DNA of 63,961 nt, counting the filler, from Octopus bimaculoides (Eukaryota), in assembly GCF_001194135.2 (NCBI RefSeq). It is 4 parts of 4 records of this genome, joined end to end, with 100 filler letters (N's around TTAATTAATTAA, not from the genome) between each part and the next. Parts side by side here need not be neighbours in the genome. Positions count along the whole stretch, not along the records: positions 1 to 18,980 come from NC_068982.1; positions 19,081 to 44,276 come from NC_068992.1; 2 more parts are not named here. One strand, written 5' to 3'. Positions 12,186 through 24,091 of the stretch are shown piece after piece. Numbering within the stretch: the stretch's first letter is position 1; every line of letters begins with the position of its first letter. The notes under the pieces are model-generated. The model was not told where the DNA came from. It did no database searches and saw only the letters and a list, made by a program, of their open reading frames with translations. Both the position numbers and the translations under genes were made by a program.

Positions 12186-12826
12186 CAGGGTGCAATGGGT
12201 AAATTGTCACTATTTCGTATTTTTAATTTTGCACATGCACATTGTTTGTTTTTTATTTTGTCAACTACACAGTATAGTAGGGTCAGTTGAGTACTGCCTG
12301 TGAGAAAAACAGCACCACGATGCAATTCACTCTGCCAGACGTTTTGAAACATGCTGTACTGCTTGGCATGTGCACCGGAAGCTCCAATATGAATATTTCA
12401 GAGTGTTTGGGTGTCAATCTCAGGACAGTGCAATCTGAGGACATGTACCGAGAGTGATAAAAATCAAACATCCAGACAACATCATGGTGTTTGGAGTGAT
12501 CACTAGTGATGGCAACATTATGCCTCCATCCATCTTCCCACACAGCCTCAGACTCAACATGGAGGCCTACATCAAGTGCCTGGAGGAGGTAGTACTGCCA
12601 TGGGTCAAGAAAGTGGCTACTCGAAGACCCTATGTCTAACAACAGGACTCTACACCATACCACACAAGCTGGAGAACCCAGTCATAGCTGTCAGACAATT
12701 TCTGTGACCACATTACCCCTAACATCTGTTCACCTAGCTCCTTAGATTGTGACCTCCTTGATTATTATGTATGGGACACAGTTGAGCAAGAGACCAACAA
12801 AACTCCTAGTTACACTAAAGATGAAC
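12186..12826 (+). mobile_element. Tc1/mariner (maT/DD37D-like) transposon, internally deleted and pseudogenised
   Basis: TA-CAGGGTG terminus. IKHPDNIMVFGVITSDG...YIKCLEEVVLPWVKKVATRRPYV*QQDSTPYH...PSSLDCDLLDYYVW corresponds to the QQDSAPxH and WPPxSPDxNPLDY motifs. Confidence 0.85.
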
Positions 12827-12827
12827 A

Positions 12828-13085
12828 ACCGTCAAATATTGGTTTGGACATGTGATGTGTATGAATGAGGATAGCAGCATAAAGAAGTGCTGATCAATGA
12901 AAGTGGATGGTACCTGCGGAAAAGAGAGACCCAAGAAGATGTGGAATGAAGTGGTGAGGACTGACCTCAGAATGTCTAGTGATATGAGGTTCTTGAGCAG
13001 ACCCACCCGCATCAACGAAATTGAGTTCTAGAAGTGCTGCGTGTCCACACTTAACAAAAAAACTTCTCACACACCTTACCACAAC
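12828..13085 (+). mobile_element. RTE-clade LINE C-terminal remnant
   Basis: YWFGHVMCMNEDSSIKKC*SMKVDGTCGKERPKKMWNEVVRTDLR matches the RTE motifs WFGHVxR and GRPKKxW. Confidence 0.8.
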
Positions 13086-13654
13086 AAACCAAACTGCATC
13101 TCTTCTCTTCTTTACATTTCCACTTCATGTACTATGCTTGTCTCCCACTCAGCAATCTCCAGTCATATCATAAACGTTTTAGTGGATCAAGGATGGGATA
13201 GATGAGTGGATGTCAATGACTACTTGAAAATGCATAGAAATTTTAAACCCTTTGCAGAAGTATGCTAAGTCTCGTACTCAGTCTTTTCTTTAACATTTTG
13301 TTTATGCAAACGGGAAATGCAGATTTCTAAATAGAACAATAAAAGATTGTATAAACTGGTGAGAAAGATTACATGCAAATGTCTAAAAAATTAGGGAAGG
13401 AAGGAAGGAAGAGAAAGAAAGAAACATGGCTTATAGATTGTTTTAAAAGTGTGCCAAACAATAGTGAGTAAAGATTGCTTACTTTGTCTTGAAGCAATTG
13501 TATTTTGTCTGAATCTCATCTAGTATGTAGAAAACACAAAGTAATGCTTGGAATAAAAAATCATTGGAAGAAAACTACACTTTGTAACTTAGCATTATAT
13601 GTTACTAAGACAGCCATTGGAATGTGGCCATGCTAGGGCACCACCTTTGAGGAT

Positions 13655-15017
13655 GGTGTTGGGCGGAAGGTAGAGAACCTTTATAAACTTGAACTCTTCA
13701 AGGATATCATCTTCAAGGTTAGGTGAGTGAGTAGGTGCATTGTCCAGGTTGAGAAGGGCTTGCAGGGATAGGTTATTTTCCTGGAGATATTTCTTAACAT
13801 CAGGACCAAAGATCAAATTCACCCACTCCACAAAGAACTGCCTGGTGACCCACGTCCTCGGGTTTGCCCTTCACATAACCTGCAGTTTTGCTTTCAGAAT
13901 CTGATGTAACTTCAAGGCTCATTTATCATTTTCCAAATGATAAACGAGCAGCAGCTTAATCTTGCAGTCACCACTCACATTGGCGCACAGCGTGAGGGTT
14001 AACTTATCCTTCATGAGTATGTGGCCTGGCATCCTCTTCTCTTTGGCATCTTCTTCCAATCAAGTCCTGTCTTGTCACAGTTGAAGACTTGCTGGGGGAT
14101 GTATCCTTCGGCTGCAATAATTCGGCAAAAAGTTTGAGATAATCCTCAGCTGCCTTCATATCTGCACTCACTCCCTCATCATGCCTGACAAGGGAGTGAA
14201 TGCCGGTCCACTTTTTTAAATTCTCAAACCAGCTCCAACTGGCTTTTAAACAGCTTACCCAATACCTCATCCATACAAATGCCTGGGGTCTGTTGTAGCA
14301 AATCAGCTTCAATAGCTCGTGCCTTCTCGCAGATTATAACTTCCGTCATGGTATCTCCTGTGAGCTGCTTCTCTGTCAACCACACCATCAGCAGCTTCTC
14401 TATATTTTCATCAATAGATGTCCACCTTTTAGAAATTATTTTAACATCCTTGGCTGGCATTATAGCCTTTATTGACTCCTGCTTCAGTATGGTGCAGATC
14501 GTAGAAGTGCTACACTTATACTGCTTCACCAAGTTGACTACATGCACACCTTGGTCATGTTTTTTGATAATTTCTTTCTTTAATTCAATGCACATCATCC
14601 ACTTCTTTTTCTTCTCAGCACTGTCCTTCACCCTTACTTTTTTAGGACCTATGGTTGGAAAAACGAAGTTTTGCAAAAATAATTGCAAGCACAACACTGA
14701 TGCTTCTATAGCCTGCAACAACTAAGTAAGCTAATGAACCACTTGCTAATGTGCATGTTTGTCTAGCTATCGATCTACTAATGATCTTTGCACTTGCTAG
14801 CATGCGTGTCTGTCTAGCTATTGAGCGAGATATGGGATGCTAGACAGATGTTACAACATTCACTGTGGCATTCGCTATGCCAACAAGCAGTGGGGTGTAT
14901 GAAGATAGCTCGTAACACAAATTTTAGCTCACAACTCAAAGCAAAAAATCAGCCAAGAGATGGTTTGTATCTCAAAAAGCTCATTAGTTGAGATACTCGT
15001 AAGTCAAGGCACCACTG
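13655..15017 (-). mobile_element. Tigger/pogo (TIGD1-like) DNA transposon, degraded transposase
   Basis: TIR CAGTGGTGCCTTGACTTACGAG at 15017. (M)GPKKV..IELKKEII HTH, CENP-B-type IICEKAR..., WFENLKKWTGIHS..RHDEG, then DDE_1 LLNLDNAPTH..LYLPPNT. The start ATG is mutated to ATA; frameshifts present; 3' end lost. Confidence 0.92.
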
Positions 15018-16149
15018 GCTGGCTGGCTGGCTGGATGGATATGTATATATAAAAATATATATATTTACATATATCTATCTATCTATCTATCTATCTATTT
15101 TGTCTATTTATCTGTATGTATACATACATATATACACATACTCTTTTCCCTAATTTGGGATTTCTATTTGCATAAACAGCAACCTCAGCTACTAACTGTG
15201 AACTTTAAAATGACATTTTCCAGCTTATTGAACATTGATATGGGAAAAATTTCCAACCTTCTAAATCAATAAACTACTGTTCCTGAAAGTTGTCTTTTAT
15301 ACCTTCTACAGAATGCTCAAAACTTACTAACTTCCTACACCTTGATCCTCGGATCTTACCTCTTTACATATTACATACATACACACACAAGGCTTTAGTC
15401 AGCCTGGGGCTATTATAGAAGCCACTTACCCAAGATTACCACAGTAGGACTGAACCTCAAGCTGTGAGGACGGTAAGCAAACTTCTTACCACACAGCCAG
15501 TCAATGTTTAAACTGATTGAATAAATAAAATAAGTATTCTATTGTCACCACCTCTGCTCCTTATCACAGTTCAGGACTTCTATCTGACAGAAGCTAAAGA
15601 TTAAAACAACAAGGAAAGTTCTTTGTATTGGCTTTCTGCTTTCTTTCTCATCATAGAAAAAAAACAAAAAAAAAACATGACATTTGAAGATGTAACACCA
15701 ACTTTTGACTACATGAAAGAATGAACAAACATTCTTCAAATAAGTCAGTTTCTTCTAACTTATAGATCATGTTACTGAATTGCAACAGATTTATTGCAGT
15801 AGGAGTGAGAGCATATCAGTTACATGACATGTGTGTTTGCTTCTGTTGATTGAGCTAATTTTTAAAGACATCTTATAGTGATTACATATGGATTTGTATG
15901 TGCGTACATATATGCACATGCATGCACTCTTGGACACATGCAAACACACACACACACACATTGTTATTTGTTTATTCATTTTACAGACTTTTTTAGTGCT
16001 AGCATGGGTTAGACAATATATATATCAGCAATCCAATGATGGCTTGGCTGGCTGAAACTTCGCAGTCGCAATCAGCAACTTCCTTGTTTAAGGATGATTA
16101 ATTTGTATTCTACAAAAGTATAAGTAACCCATCCAATTGTTTTTATTAT

Positions 16150-16480
16150 AATGGCATTATGTCGTGCTTGAGAAGAAGACCCATCAAGCTGAGCAAAATT
16201 GCATTTGTAGCAGATACCGGTGTCACGCAAATTGGTACCCATGCCAGTGGCATGTAAGCACACCCTGGTGTCATGCAAATGGCATCCATGCCGGTGGCAC
16301 ATAAAAAGCACCCATTACGCTCTCAGAGTGGTTGGTGTTAGGAAGGGCATCCAGCTGTATGAAACCATGTCAAATGAGACTGAAGTCTGGTGTAGCCTTC
16401 CAGTATGCCAGCCCTGTCAAACCATCCAACCCATGCCAGCATGGAAAATGGACGTTAAATGATGATGATGATGATGATGA
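16150..16480 (+). mobile_element. Repeat family D (sense orientation, (ATG)n tail)
   Basis: GGTTGGTGTTAGGAAGGGCATCCAGCTG...CCAACCCATGCCAGCATGGAAAATGGACGTTAAATGATGATG. Further pieces at ~4850-4950 and ~8985-9140. Confidence 0.85.
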
Positions 16481-16561
16481 ACATGAAAGCAAATATTAAA
16501 ATATATATGTGTGCATGTGTGTATCTATATATGTATGTATATAATATATATATATATATAT

Positions 16562-16745
16562 AGGGAGAATTCACAAAAAAACAACAGACGAAGACAGGTG
16601 TTGAAAACAAATAGATGTATTAGTATAATGCTTGGGAAATGAGAAAGTCTTTAATGTTTCGAGCCTACGCTCTTCTACAGAAAGGAACATAGAAAGAAGC
16701 AAGGAGAGAAAAAAATGTGTATAGTGGTCAGCGATCTATCATGCA
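16562..16745 (-). mobile_element. Penelope-type terminal repeat (pLTR) remnant
   Basis: Reverse complement GAAGAGCGTAGGCTCGAAACATTAAAGACTTTCTC... is homologous to 48070-48235 (+). Bounded by (TA)n. Confidence 0.6.
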
Positions 16746-17239
16746 TAGGCTACATTCAGTGATTCAATGTCCAATTTAACACCACTACATGTTGGATGCC
16801 TTTAGTAGAGTTCATTCAGTTGCAAGCATTTGGGCGACATCTCTGTTTTAAGGATACTTTCCTCCCACCTTCTTACTTGTGTTGGAGTCCCTCAGGGACT
16901 GATGTTAAACCAGATAACAGATCAAATCAACCACTACAGCAAGATATGGCAGAATAAGAACTCAGGATAAATACCACAAAATTTCCTGTCCAACATTCTC
17001 ACAGTTGCATCAGATATTGCTGCACTGTATTGGTACCTTTTTTTCAGTCCCAAAATAACGAAAAGTAAAGTTGGCCTCAATGAGATTTGAACTCAAAGTG
17101 CCGAGAGTCAGAAAAAACGATACAAGCATCTGATACTCAAACAACTCTACCAATTCATCACTTTGCAGGCATATTGATCATTTAGAGAGTTCAATATAAA
17201 ATTATAGGTTTTATGGCAGACAGGACTGCATGAAAAAAA

Positions 17240-17800
17240 TGGTAGAGAGGAAGGGACTTGGAGTAGTAAGTAGGAAAACATGAGGTTCTTAACCTTTGAA
17301 CCTGTGAGAAGGCTTTATCAGGTACAATTTTATTTAACTACAACCCTGGAAAGATCTTTAACACAAACATGAAGATGACTCTGCTGTACATGTGTAAAAC
17401 ATGTGGAATCACCAAAATTATCCATTGATAAGCTCAAACATTTGTGAATTGATGACTCTTGAACATCTTTTGGGTGATATGGCAAGACAGACACAGAAAT
17501 AAAACCTTGTGGGAATAGGTGATCTTTGCAACCTATTAAAATCTAGATCAAAAAGAGAAGATGGATTTGAGCAGGTGACATCTTACAGAAACCTGCTTCC
17601 AACATTACAAGGCACTCGATGGGTATGCAAAGGGAGGTGGAGGCATGACAAACAAAAAACAACATGAAGGTCCATAGATACTGAAGCACTATCAGACAGC
17701 TACATTTGGGGACAACTGCAGTCCATTGCCAAAGACTGAAGCAGATGGCAATGATGATCCATGCTCTACATGGGGTTAGAGGAATTAACACATACTCCTG
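17240..17800 (+). mobile_element. Old RTE-clade LINE 3' remnant
   Basis: Frame from 17521 reads ...KGRWRHDKQKTT*RSIDTEALSDSYIWGQLQSIAKD*SRWQ, like the RTE C-terminus GRPKTTWRR..TWGQLERxAxDRxxW. Confidence 0.65.
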
Positions 17801-17927
17801 GAAGATGCAAAAGCTGGCATCCACTTGGTTTTGTGTTTATGGCTTGATAGATGTTAAAAACAAAATCTTCCAAGGATGTAGTCAAATGAAATTGTGCTCA
17901 GAACAGTATGCTTGCAGGTTGACAGGA

Positions 17928-18150
17928 TTAACTCATAGCATTTAAACCAGCTAAATCTGGCCAAAATATTCTGTTTTATGTTCAAACTATCCAGATCTGC
18001 CCTCTCACACCTACCCTATAATGATATTCTAAAAATAAACAATCACATCATTGAAATATCAAATCTACAAGACAATGTATGATTAATTCAAAGCAATATG
18101 ATTAAATAAGCATTATATTTGATAGATTAATCTGAATGCTAAAGGGTTAA
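17928..18150. mobile_element. piggyBac-type MITE (same family as 9160-9387)
   Basis: TTAA-CTCATAGCATT ... AATGCTAAAGGG-TTAA. Confidence 0.75.
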
Positions 18151-18628
18151 AGTAAAAATATTTCATTCACCTCACTATTCATTCTATGTATTAGTTAAAT
18201 ACAAATAATTATACACCAAATAATTATACTGGATATTTATAATTTCTTTTAGTGCCTCCATCTCATGGCTGAACAACCAGCCAACCAACCAGCCGACCGA
18301 CCATCTACTGCCTATATGAATTCATTTACTCTGTAGACATTGTAAAGAATTTAGACAAGCCCAGTAATCATTATTTGGTCACTGGATTTGTTTAACTTGA
18401 ATAATTTTAAGTTGTGTAGTACCATTGTAAAGATTTAGAGAAAAATTTGTAGTCTGGACAGGTTTATGTACAATACGCCTTTCTGGCGCTCTCATTTTTC
18501 TTCCTTCTATTTATGTCTCGCATGAATGTAAACTAATGTGTATGTGTGTGTGTGTGTGTACATGTTAGTCACATTCATTTGAGACATAAATAGAGAAAAG
18601 AAAAGAGAACACAGGAAAGGCATAGTGT

Positions 18629-18980
18629 GTGTACCCTGCAAACGGACAGAGACTTAGAGACAAGTTACTTGAAGCATTTAACGAAATAGAAGGGGATATA
18701 GCATCATACAACGTGGAAGACAATTGGAGATTTCTGCGGGACAACCTGTTGAAAGCCACCGACCAGATTTGTGGGTGGTGTAAGGTCCCCTCCCGACCCA
18801 GAGTAACGTGGTGGTGGAACAAAGAGGTAGACAGGGCTATTAGACAAAAGAAACAGGCTTGGAAGGACTGGAAGAACGGTGGTAGCAGGGAATTGTACCA
18901 ATGTGCCAGAAGGGAGGCTAGGCGACAGGTTTATTTAGCCAGAGGGGAAGCAGATAAGGAAAGATTTGCCAATGTTCTGC
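18629..18980 (+). mobile_element. Young RTE-clade LINE fragment (endonuclease-RT linker), running into a gap
   Basis: Uninterrupted frame ...NVEDNWRFLRDNLLKATDQICGW..RVTWWWNKEVDRAIRQKKQAWKDWK...YQCARREARRQV, the typical LINE WWxxEV motif. CpGs are retained. Confidence 0.9.
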
Positions 18981-19024
18981 NNNNNNNNNNNNNNNNNNNN
19001 NNNNNNNNNNNNNNNNNNNNNNNN

Positions 19025-19036
19025 TTAATTAATTAA
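19025..19036. other. Artificial TTAATTAATTAA spacer inside N-gaps (also 44321-44332 and 60157-60168)
   Basis: Identical 12-mer embedded in N runs three times. It encodes stops in all six frames, so it is an assembly linker. Confidence 0.9.
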
Positions 19037-19270
19037 NNNNNNNNNNNNNNNNNNNNNNNNNNNNNNNNNNNNNNNNNNNNATATATGCATATATATATAT
19101 ATACGTGTATGTATATATGTATGTATATATGGGTATATGTGTGTGTATGCATATGTGTGTATGCATATGTGTATATATATGTATGTATTTATGCGTATAT
19201 ATGTATGCATATGTGTGTATATATACGTATGTATATGTATACATATGTGCGTATGTATGTATACATATGC

Positions 19271-19309
<39 letters not shown>

Positions 19310-19406
19310 CGCACACAATTATACAGACATGAGCATAAATTTTATTTCACTTTTATTTTATTTAATTCATTATGTATTTTTAGTCATATATGCTGTAACT
19401 CATCAT

Positions 19407-19459
<53 letters not shown>

Positions 19460-19929
19460 GAATTAAAAACTGAAGTAATAATTCTAACGCATGCGTGCAC
19501 ACACGCATACGCATACACACGTAATAAACACACTTATATATTCTTAGTATATTGAATCCAACAGATCATAATGTAATCCTTGTATTGCCCTTTTTCTTGC
19601 CCTGATGATTTTCCATCTAAGGTATTTCTGAAATGCACGATTATATATTTATATATGTTTTGCAGTTTAAATTGAATTCGAAATGAAATAACTGTAGGTG
19701 AAGATGTTAATTAATAAATTATTTATGTCCATCAGATCTCTCCATTTTCAAACTTAATAATATTTGATAGTTGATATTTTATATAATATATTCATTGAAG
19801 AAATATCTTTTCAAAATGCAATATAATTAAACCAGTGTATCTTGGGTAAAAATATCCCTATAAGAGGTCTAAATATCCTCATAGTGACTATATATATATA
19901 TATATATACATATATTCAATCCAAACATG

Positions 19930-20113
19930 AACAAGCAAGAAAAAGCAACAACGCGAAGACGTGGAATAAGTACAGTGTTATTGGACGCTCAGGAAAGGAA
20001 AGACAAGAAAGAGGATTTCAGGTTTTGAGTGGAGCTCTCTTCATCAGAAATATAGAAAAAGTCCAAAGAAGGGAAGACGGAGAAAGAAAATCGCCAACGA
20101 TACACACGCGTTC
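19930..20113 (-). mobile_element. Penelope-type terminal repeat remnant, second family
   Basis: Reverse complement contains TTTCTGATGAAGAGAGCTCCACTCAAAAC, a degenerate CTGATGA-hairpin-GAAAC; PLE-like context. Confidence 0.5.
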
Positions 20114-20729
20114 NNNNNNNNNNNNNNNNNNNNNNNNNNNNNNNNNNNNNNNNNNNNNNNNNNNNNNNNNNNNNNNNNNNNNNNNNNNNNNNNNNNNNNN
20201 NNNNNNNNNNATATATATAATCATATATATTAATATACCATGAAGCACAGAAATTGTTACACAGAAATATTGTTTCTGAACAAGCAGAGGATCATGAAAG
20301 AGCAGTGGATTCTTTAAGAGATTTTGGTTTTGTACTTTATTTTGGGTTTCATATTCGACAAGACATCTGAAGTTTTCTTCTGGAGTTGTTTCGATTATTG
20401 TTGCAGCTTTCGTTTTTGTTTCAACTATTGCCGCTGTTCATTCGTACTTTTCAAGCCGTGAACGTAACATTTAGTTTCACGGCATTAATCCAATGTGTTC
20501 ATCCTCTTTCAAGAGATTTAATAGAAAATTAGTTACTAGTTCCAGCAGATCTAGCAACCATGTGCAGACATAATATAGAACATAAATGATGATGACCTGC
20601 ACTTTTATTGGTTTACACATTTGAGAAGTAGTTTCACTTGCCGCAAAAGATATTCTTATCATGAATTCTTCTTAACTTTTAAGAAATTTTGTCTAAATCT
20701 AGAGATGGAAGAACTCGATTCGGCAAATA

Positions 20730-21218
20730 TAGGGTGTCCATAAAGTCTCTTTACCATTAAAAAAAAATATTACAAAGGCAGTTGATAAGATATTTTATTC
20801 AGATTTATTCTATTGTATTCAGTGTTTACTAAAGTTTTTAATAACATCCCGGTGGATTGGAAGGGATGGGCAAATTCCTTGGCCACCACGTTCACCAGAT
20901 ATCACTCCCCTGGAATTCTTTCTATGGGGCTATGTTAAAGATATCGTGTATCGAACAAAGATACGGGACATTACTGACCTAAAGCAAAAGATTACTGATG
21001 CCATTGCCACAATTGATGAGGCTATGCTACAGCGAACATGGCAAGAAATCGAGTACTGTCTTGATGTGCTTCGTGCAACTAATGGTGCCCATGTAGAAGT
21101 GTTTTAAATGAGGTAAAAACAACTTTAATAAACACTGAATACAATAGAACAAATCTGAATAAAATATATTATCAATTGCATTTGTAATAAAGTTTTGAAA
21201 TGGTAAAGAGACTTTATG
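20730..21218 (+). mobile_element. mariner-family deletion derivative with ~100-bp TIRs and transposase C-terminus
   Basis: TA-TAGGGTGTCCATAAAGTCTCTTTACCATT... is inverted at 21120-21218. Stop-free frame 20850-21107 reads RWIGRDGQIPWPPRSPDITPLEFFLWGYVKDIVY...NGAHVEVF*. Confidence 0.92.
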
Positions 21219-22246
21219 TTTGAAATGCGAGAAAAGAAAAGTGACTAATATTCCAAACTCTCAATATCATCTCATTGGCCATCATCTCTTTAGATTTTGT
21301 TCACATTCCCTTAATGTAAACTGCTCAATGGCGTGATTCAGAAATCAGCAAAGCAGTTTAGTTTTCAATGCAACGATGGTGTGTATATTCTTGTGCTTGT
21401 TATTAACTCAGAAGTAACGATATGCGAGAACGATTAATTAAAGCGCTTTTACAAAGTACGATAAGAAGAAATTTTTTTTTTTTTATTGCAGAGATGGAAA
21501 TTCTAAAGCCTTTCTTTGCTTCATTCCCTAGAATTTCTTAAAATTTGTCAGGTTTTATATTTGGTTAATTCCTGTGTGTTGAAGCATGTTTTGTGGTATC
21601 TCTGGAAGCAGACATAGAGTAGGGCGCGAATGACAGCAAAAGAACTTTTAAAAACTTAGAGATTGATCAGTCGACAGAAAGATTAATCAAACAATCGATT
21701 AGTTCATTGGTAAAATGGTAAAATAATTGACAAATAAAAATAAAGACGTAAAATAGGACCAGTGTGTGTGTGTTTTATTATTGGTATAATGACCCTCCCG
21801 ATATACAGCAAAAAATGTTGCTTTTATTCTCAGAGGAATTATTTAAATGAGGTCAGTGGCCCAACAGCAAGTTGATGATGATGTTGCTGTTGTCGCTGTT
21901 TAGGTCTAGTTTAACCCTAATCAAGTAAACCTTTACACACATCTATCCCAGCTTTTCTTTTCATATCTATTTTCAGAGAGCCATCCAGGTTCAGATGAAA
22001 TTACCCAGGGTATTCTAACCGTTTCACAAAGATACAGTATCACTTGAGTGATATTTGGCTATTATTTCTAGCAGTTACATAGAGAAACCACATTTTATCG
22101 TCTTTATTCATGCTTGTAGCATCTGTAAAAATCTTTTACCTTTCTGTTTTTTCGAAAAGAATGTCTCAGGTGTATTTTATAGTAAAATTCCTTATTATTG
22201 TACATAATATTCATTGAATACAAACAATGCCATTTCTATGTTGTAG

Positions 22247-22257
22247 TAGTAGTAGTA

Positions 22258-22328
<71 letters not shown>
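22247..22328. repeat. (AGT)n microsatellite
   Basis: Near-perfect AGT run. Confidence 0.98.
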
Positions 22329-23708
22329 TCCTTTAACAGTTTCAAAGAATTGCTGATTGTGCTTGGTCATCATACGTCATGCAAAGAGAACATTGCTTTT
22401 AACATGAACTTGCGTGTATGTGTGTATGTGTATGTGCGCGCACGCTTTTTCTTCGAGTGAATATGCATGTGTAAGTATGTGCGCATACATGTATGCTCAT
22501 AATTGTATATGAGTATGATGTTTGTATAATGCTTGTATAATGAAATGTATACACTCATACAAAATACCCATAATACGCATATATACACATTCCTAAATAC
22601 ATAATNNNNNNNNNNNNNNNNNNNNNNNNNNNNNNNNNNNNNNNNNNNNNNNNNNNNNNNNNNNNNNNNNNNNNNNNNNNNNNNNNNNNNNNNNNNNNNN
22701 NNNNNNNNNNNNNNNNNNNNNNNNNNNNNNNNNNNNNNNNNNNNNNNNNNNNNNNNNNNNNNNNNNNNNNNNNNNNNNNNNNNNNNNNNNNNNNNNNNNN
22801 NNNNNNNNNNNNNNNNNATATATATATATATATATATAAATGTATGTAATGAAGGCATACATGAACGTGCGTAAGCAAACTATATATGTATCCATGTATG
22901 CATGTATGTGTGTGCCTATGTACGTATATGTGCGTACGATTGCATGTCTGTATATATAAGTGTATGTATGTATATGTTTGCTTGCAGAATACCTTGTCTA
23001 AAGAAATCAATATCAACTGGTGCAGGAAAAACAATCAAAAGAAAACATTTATTCTTGCCCAATTTATTTCACTCTTCTAATCATGTTTTTATCTATAATT
23101 GTCTTCCGAGATAATCTATTTTACTAACTAATCTTTCTCTCGCTTCTTTACAATGTTTTATTTCTATAGAGAGGGTTTTCTCCCCTTACTTTTCATTCTT
23201 TTTTCTTTCCTAGTTATTTCGAATTCTTCTGTTCTTCAGAATTTTTCTTCCCTTTTTATTTATATTTTTTTTTTTACTTTTTCTTTCTCTTTCGCTAGCT
23301 CTTTTTCTTTCCTTTTTTGCTGAAACTTAAAAATTTTTCTAAGGCAACTGAAATGAAGCATTCTTTTTTCACTATTTTCTGACTTTTTCTGTTTCTTTTA
23401 CTTTTTTCCCTAGTCTTTTCACAGATATAGTCTTCGAGATTTTTAACTTCTTATTTGTTAACTTTGTTTCCACTTACATATATACATATATATANNNNNN
23501 NNNNGTGTAAGTATATGTGTGTGTATTTAGGTGTGTATGTATATGTAGAATATATATAAGCATTTTTTAACTTCTCTTTTTCGGTGGTTGAGTATTTCGT
23601 TTGTTCAATAACGATTTAACCATTTATTTTAAGAACAAATTCTACATAGAACAGTTTGAAATCTACCTACAAACCAATTTTCAGACACTAGGCTGAATTA
23701 TGCTTAAT

Positions 23709-23744
<36 letters not shown>

Positions 23745-24091
23745 CACATACACACACATACACACATACACACACAGGTCACCAAGAACGTGAATTACTT
23801 TTATTGCATTCATCCTTACAGTCGATTCTCCGATTTGGAGATAATTCCTTCTTCCCCTTTCACAAGTCTTGGAAGCTCTAAAACAACATCAATAAAGGTC
23901 ACAGACACCATTTTTCTTTTCTGTCTCGGCAGCAAATCAAAAAGGTTATATAAGATAAGATGCTTTGAAAAGCAGGAGCGTTTCTTCCAGAAGTGCAAGG
24001 TATTGGAATCATGCATCAAATGTTATTTGTAGGGGAAACAATATTGATACATGAAAAAGGAACGCTAGAAATTAAAGAAACTAGTTTTCTA

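Noticed and set aside
19590-19635. CTGATGA...CTGA resembling a C/D-box snoRNA
   Set aside because: The boxes are only ~30 nt apart, the C box is non-consensus and there is no terminal stem.
20239-20440. Minus-strand open frame of ~65 codons ending at an ATG|GTATAT donor near the CpG boundary
   Set aside because: No start codon or clear acceptor and no recognisable homology. It could be a UTR exon but cannot be supported.
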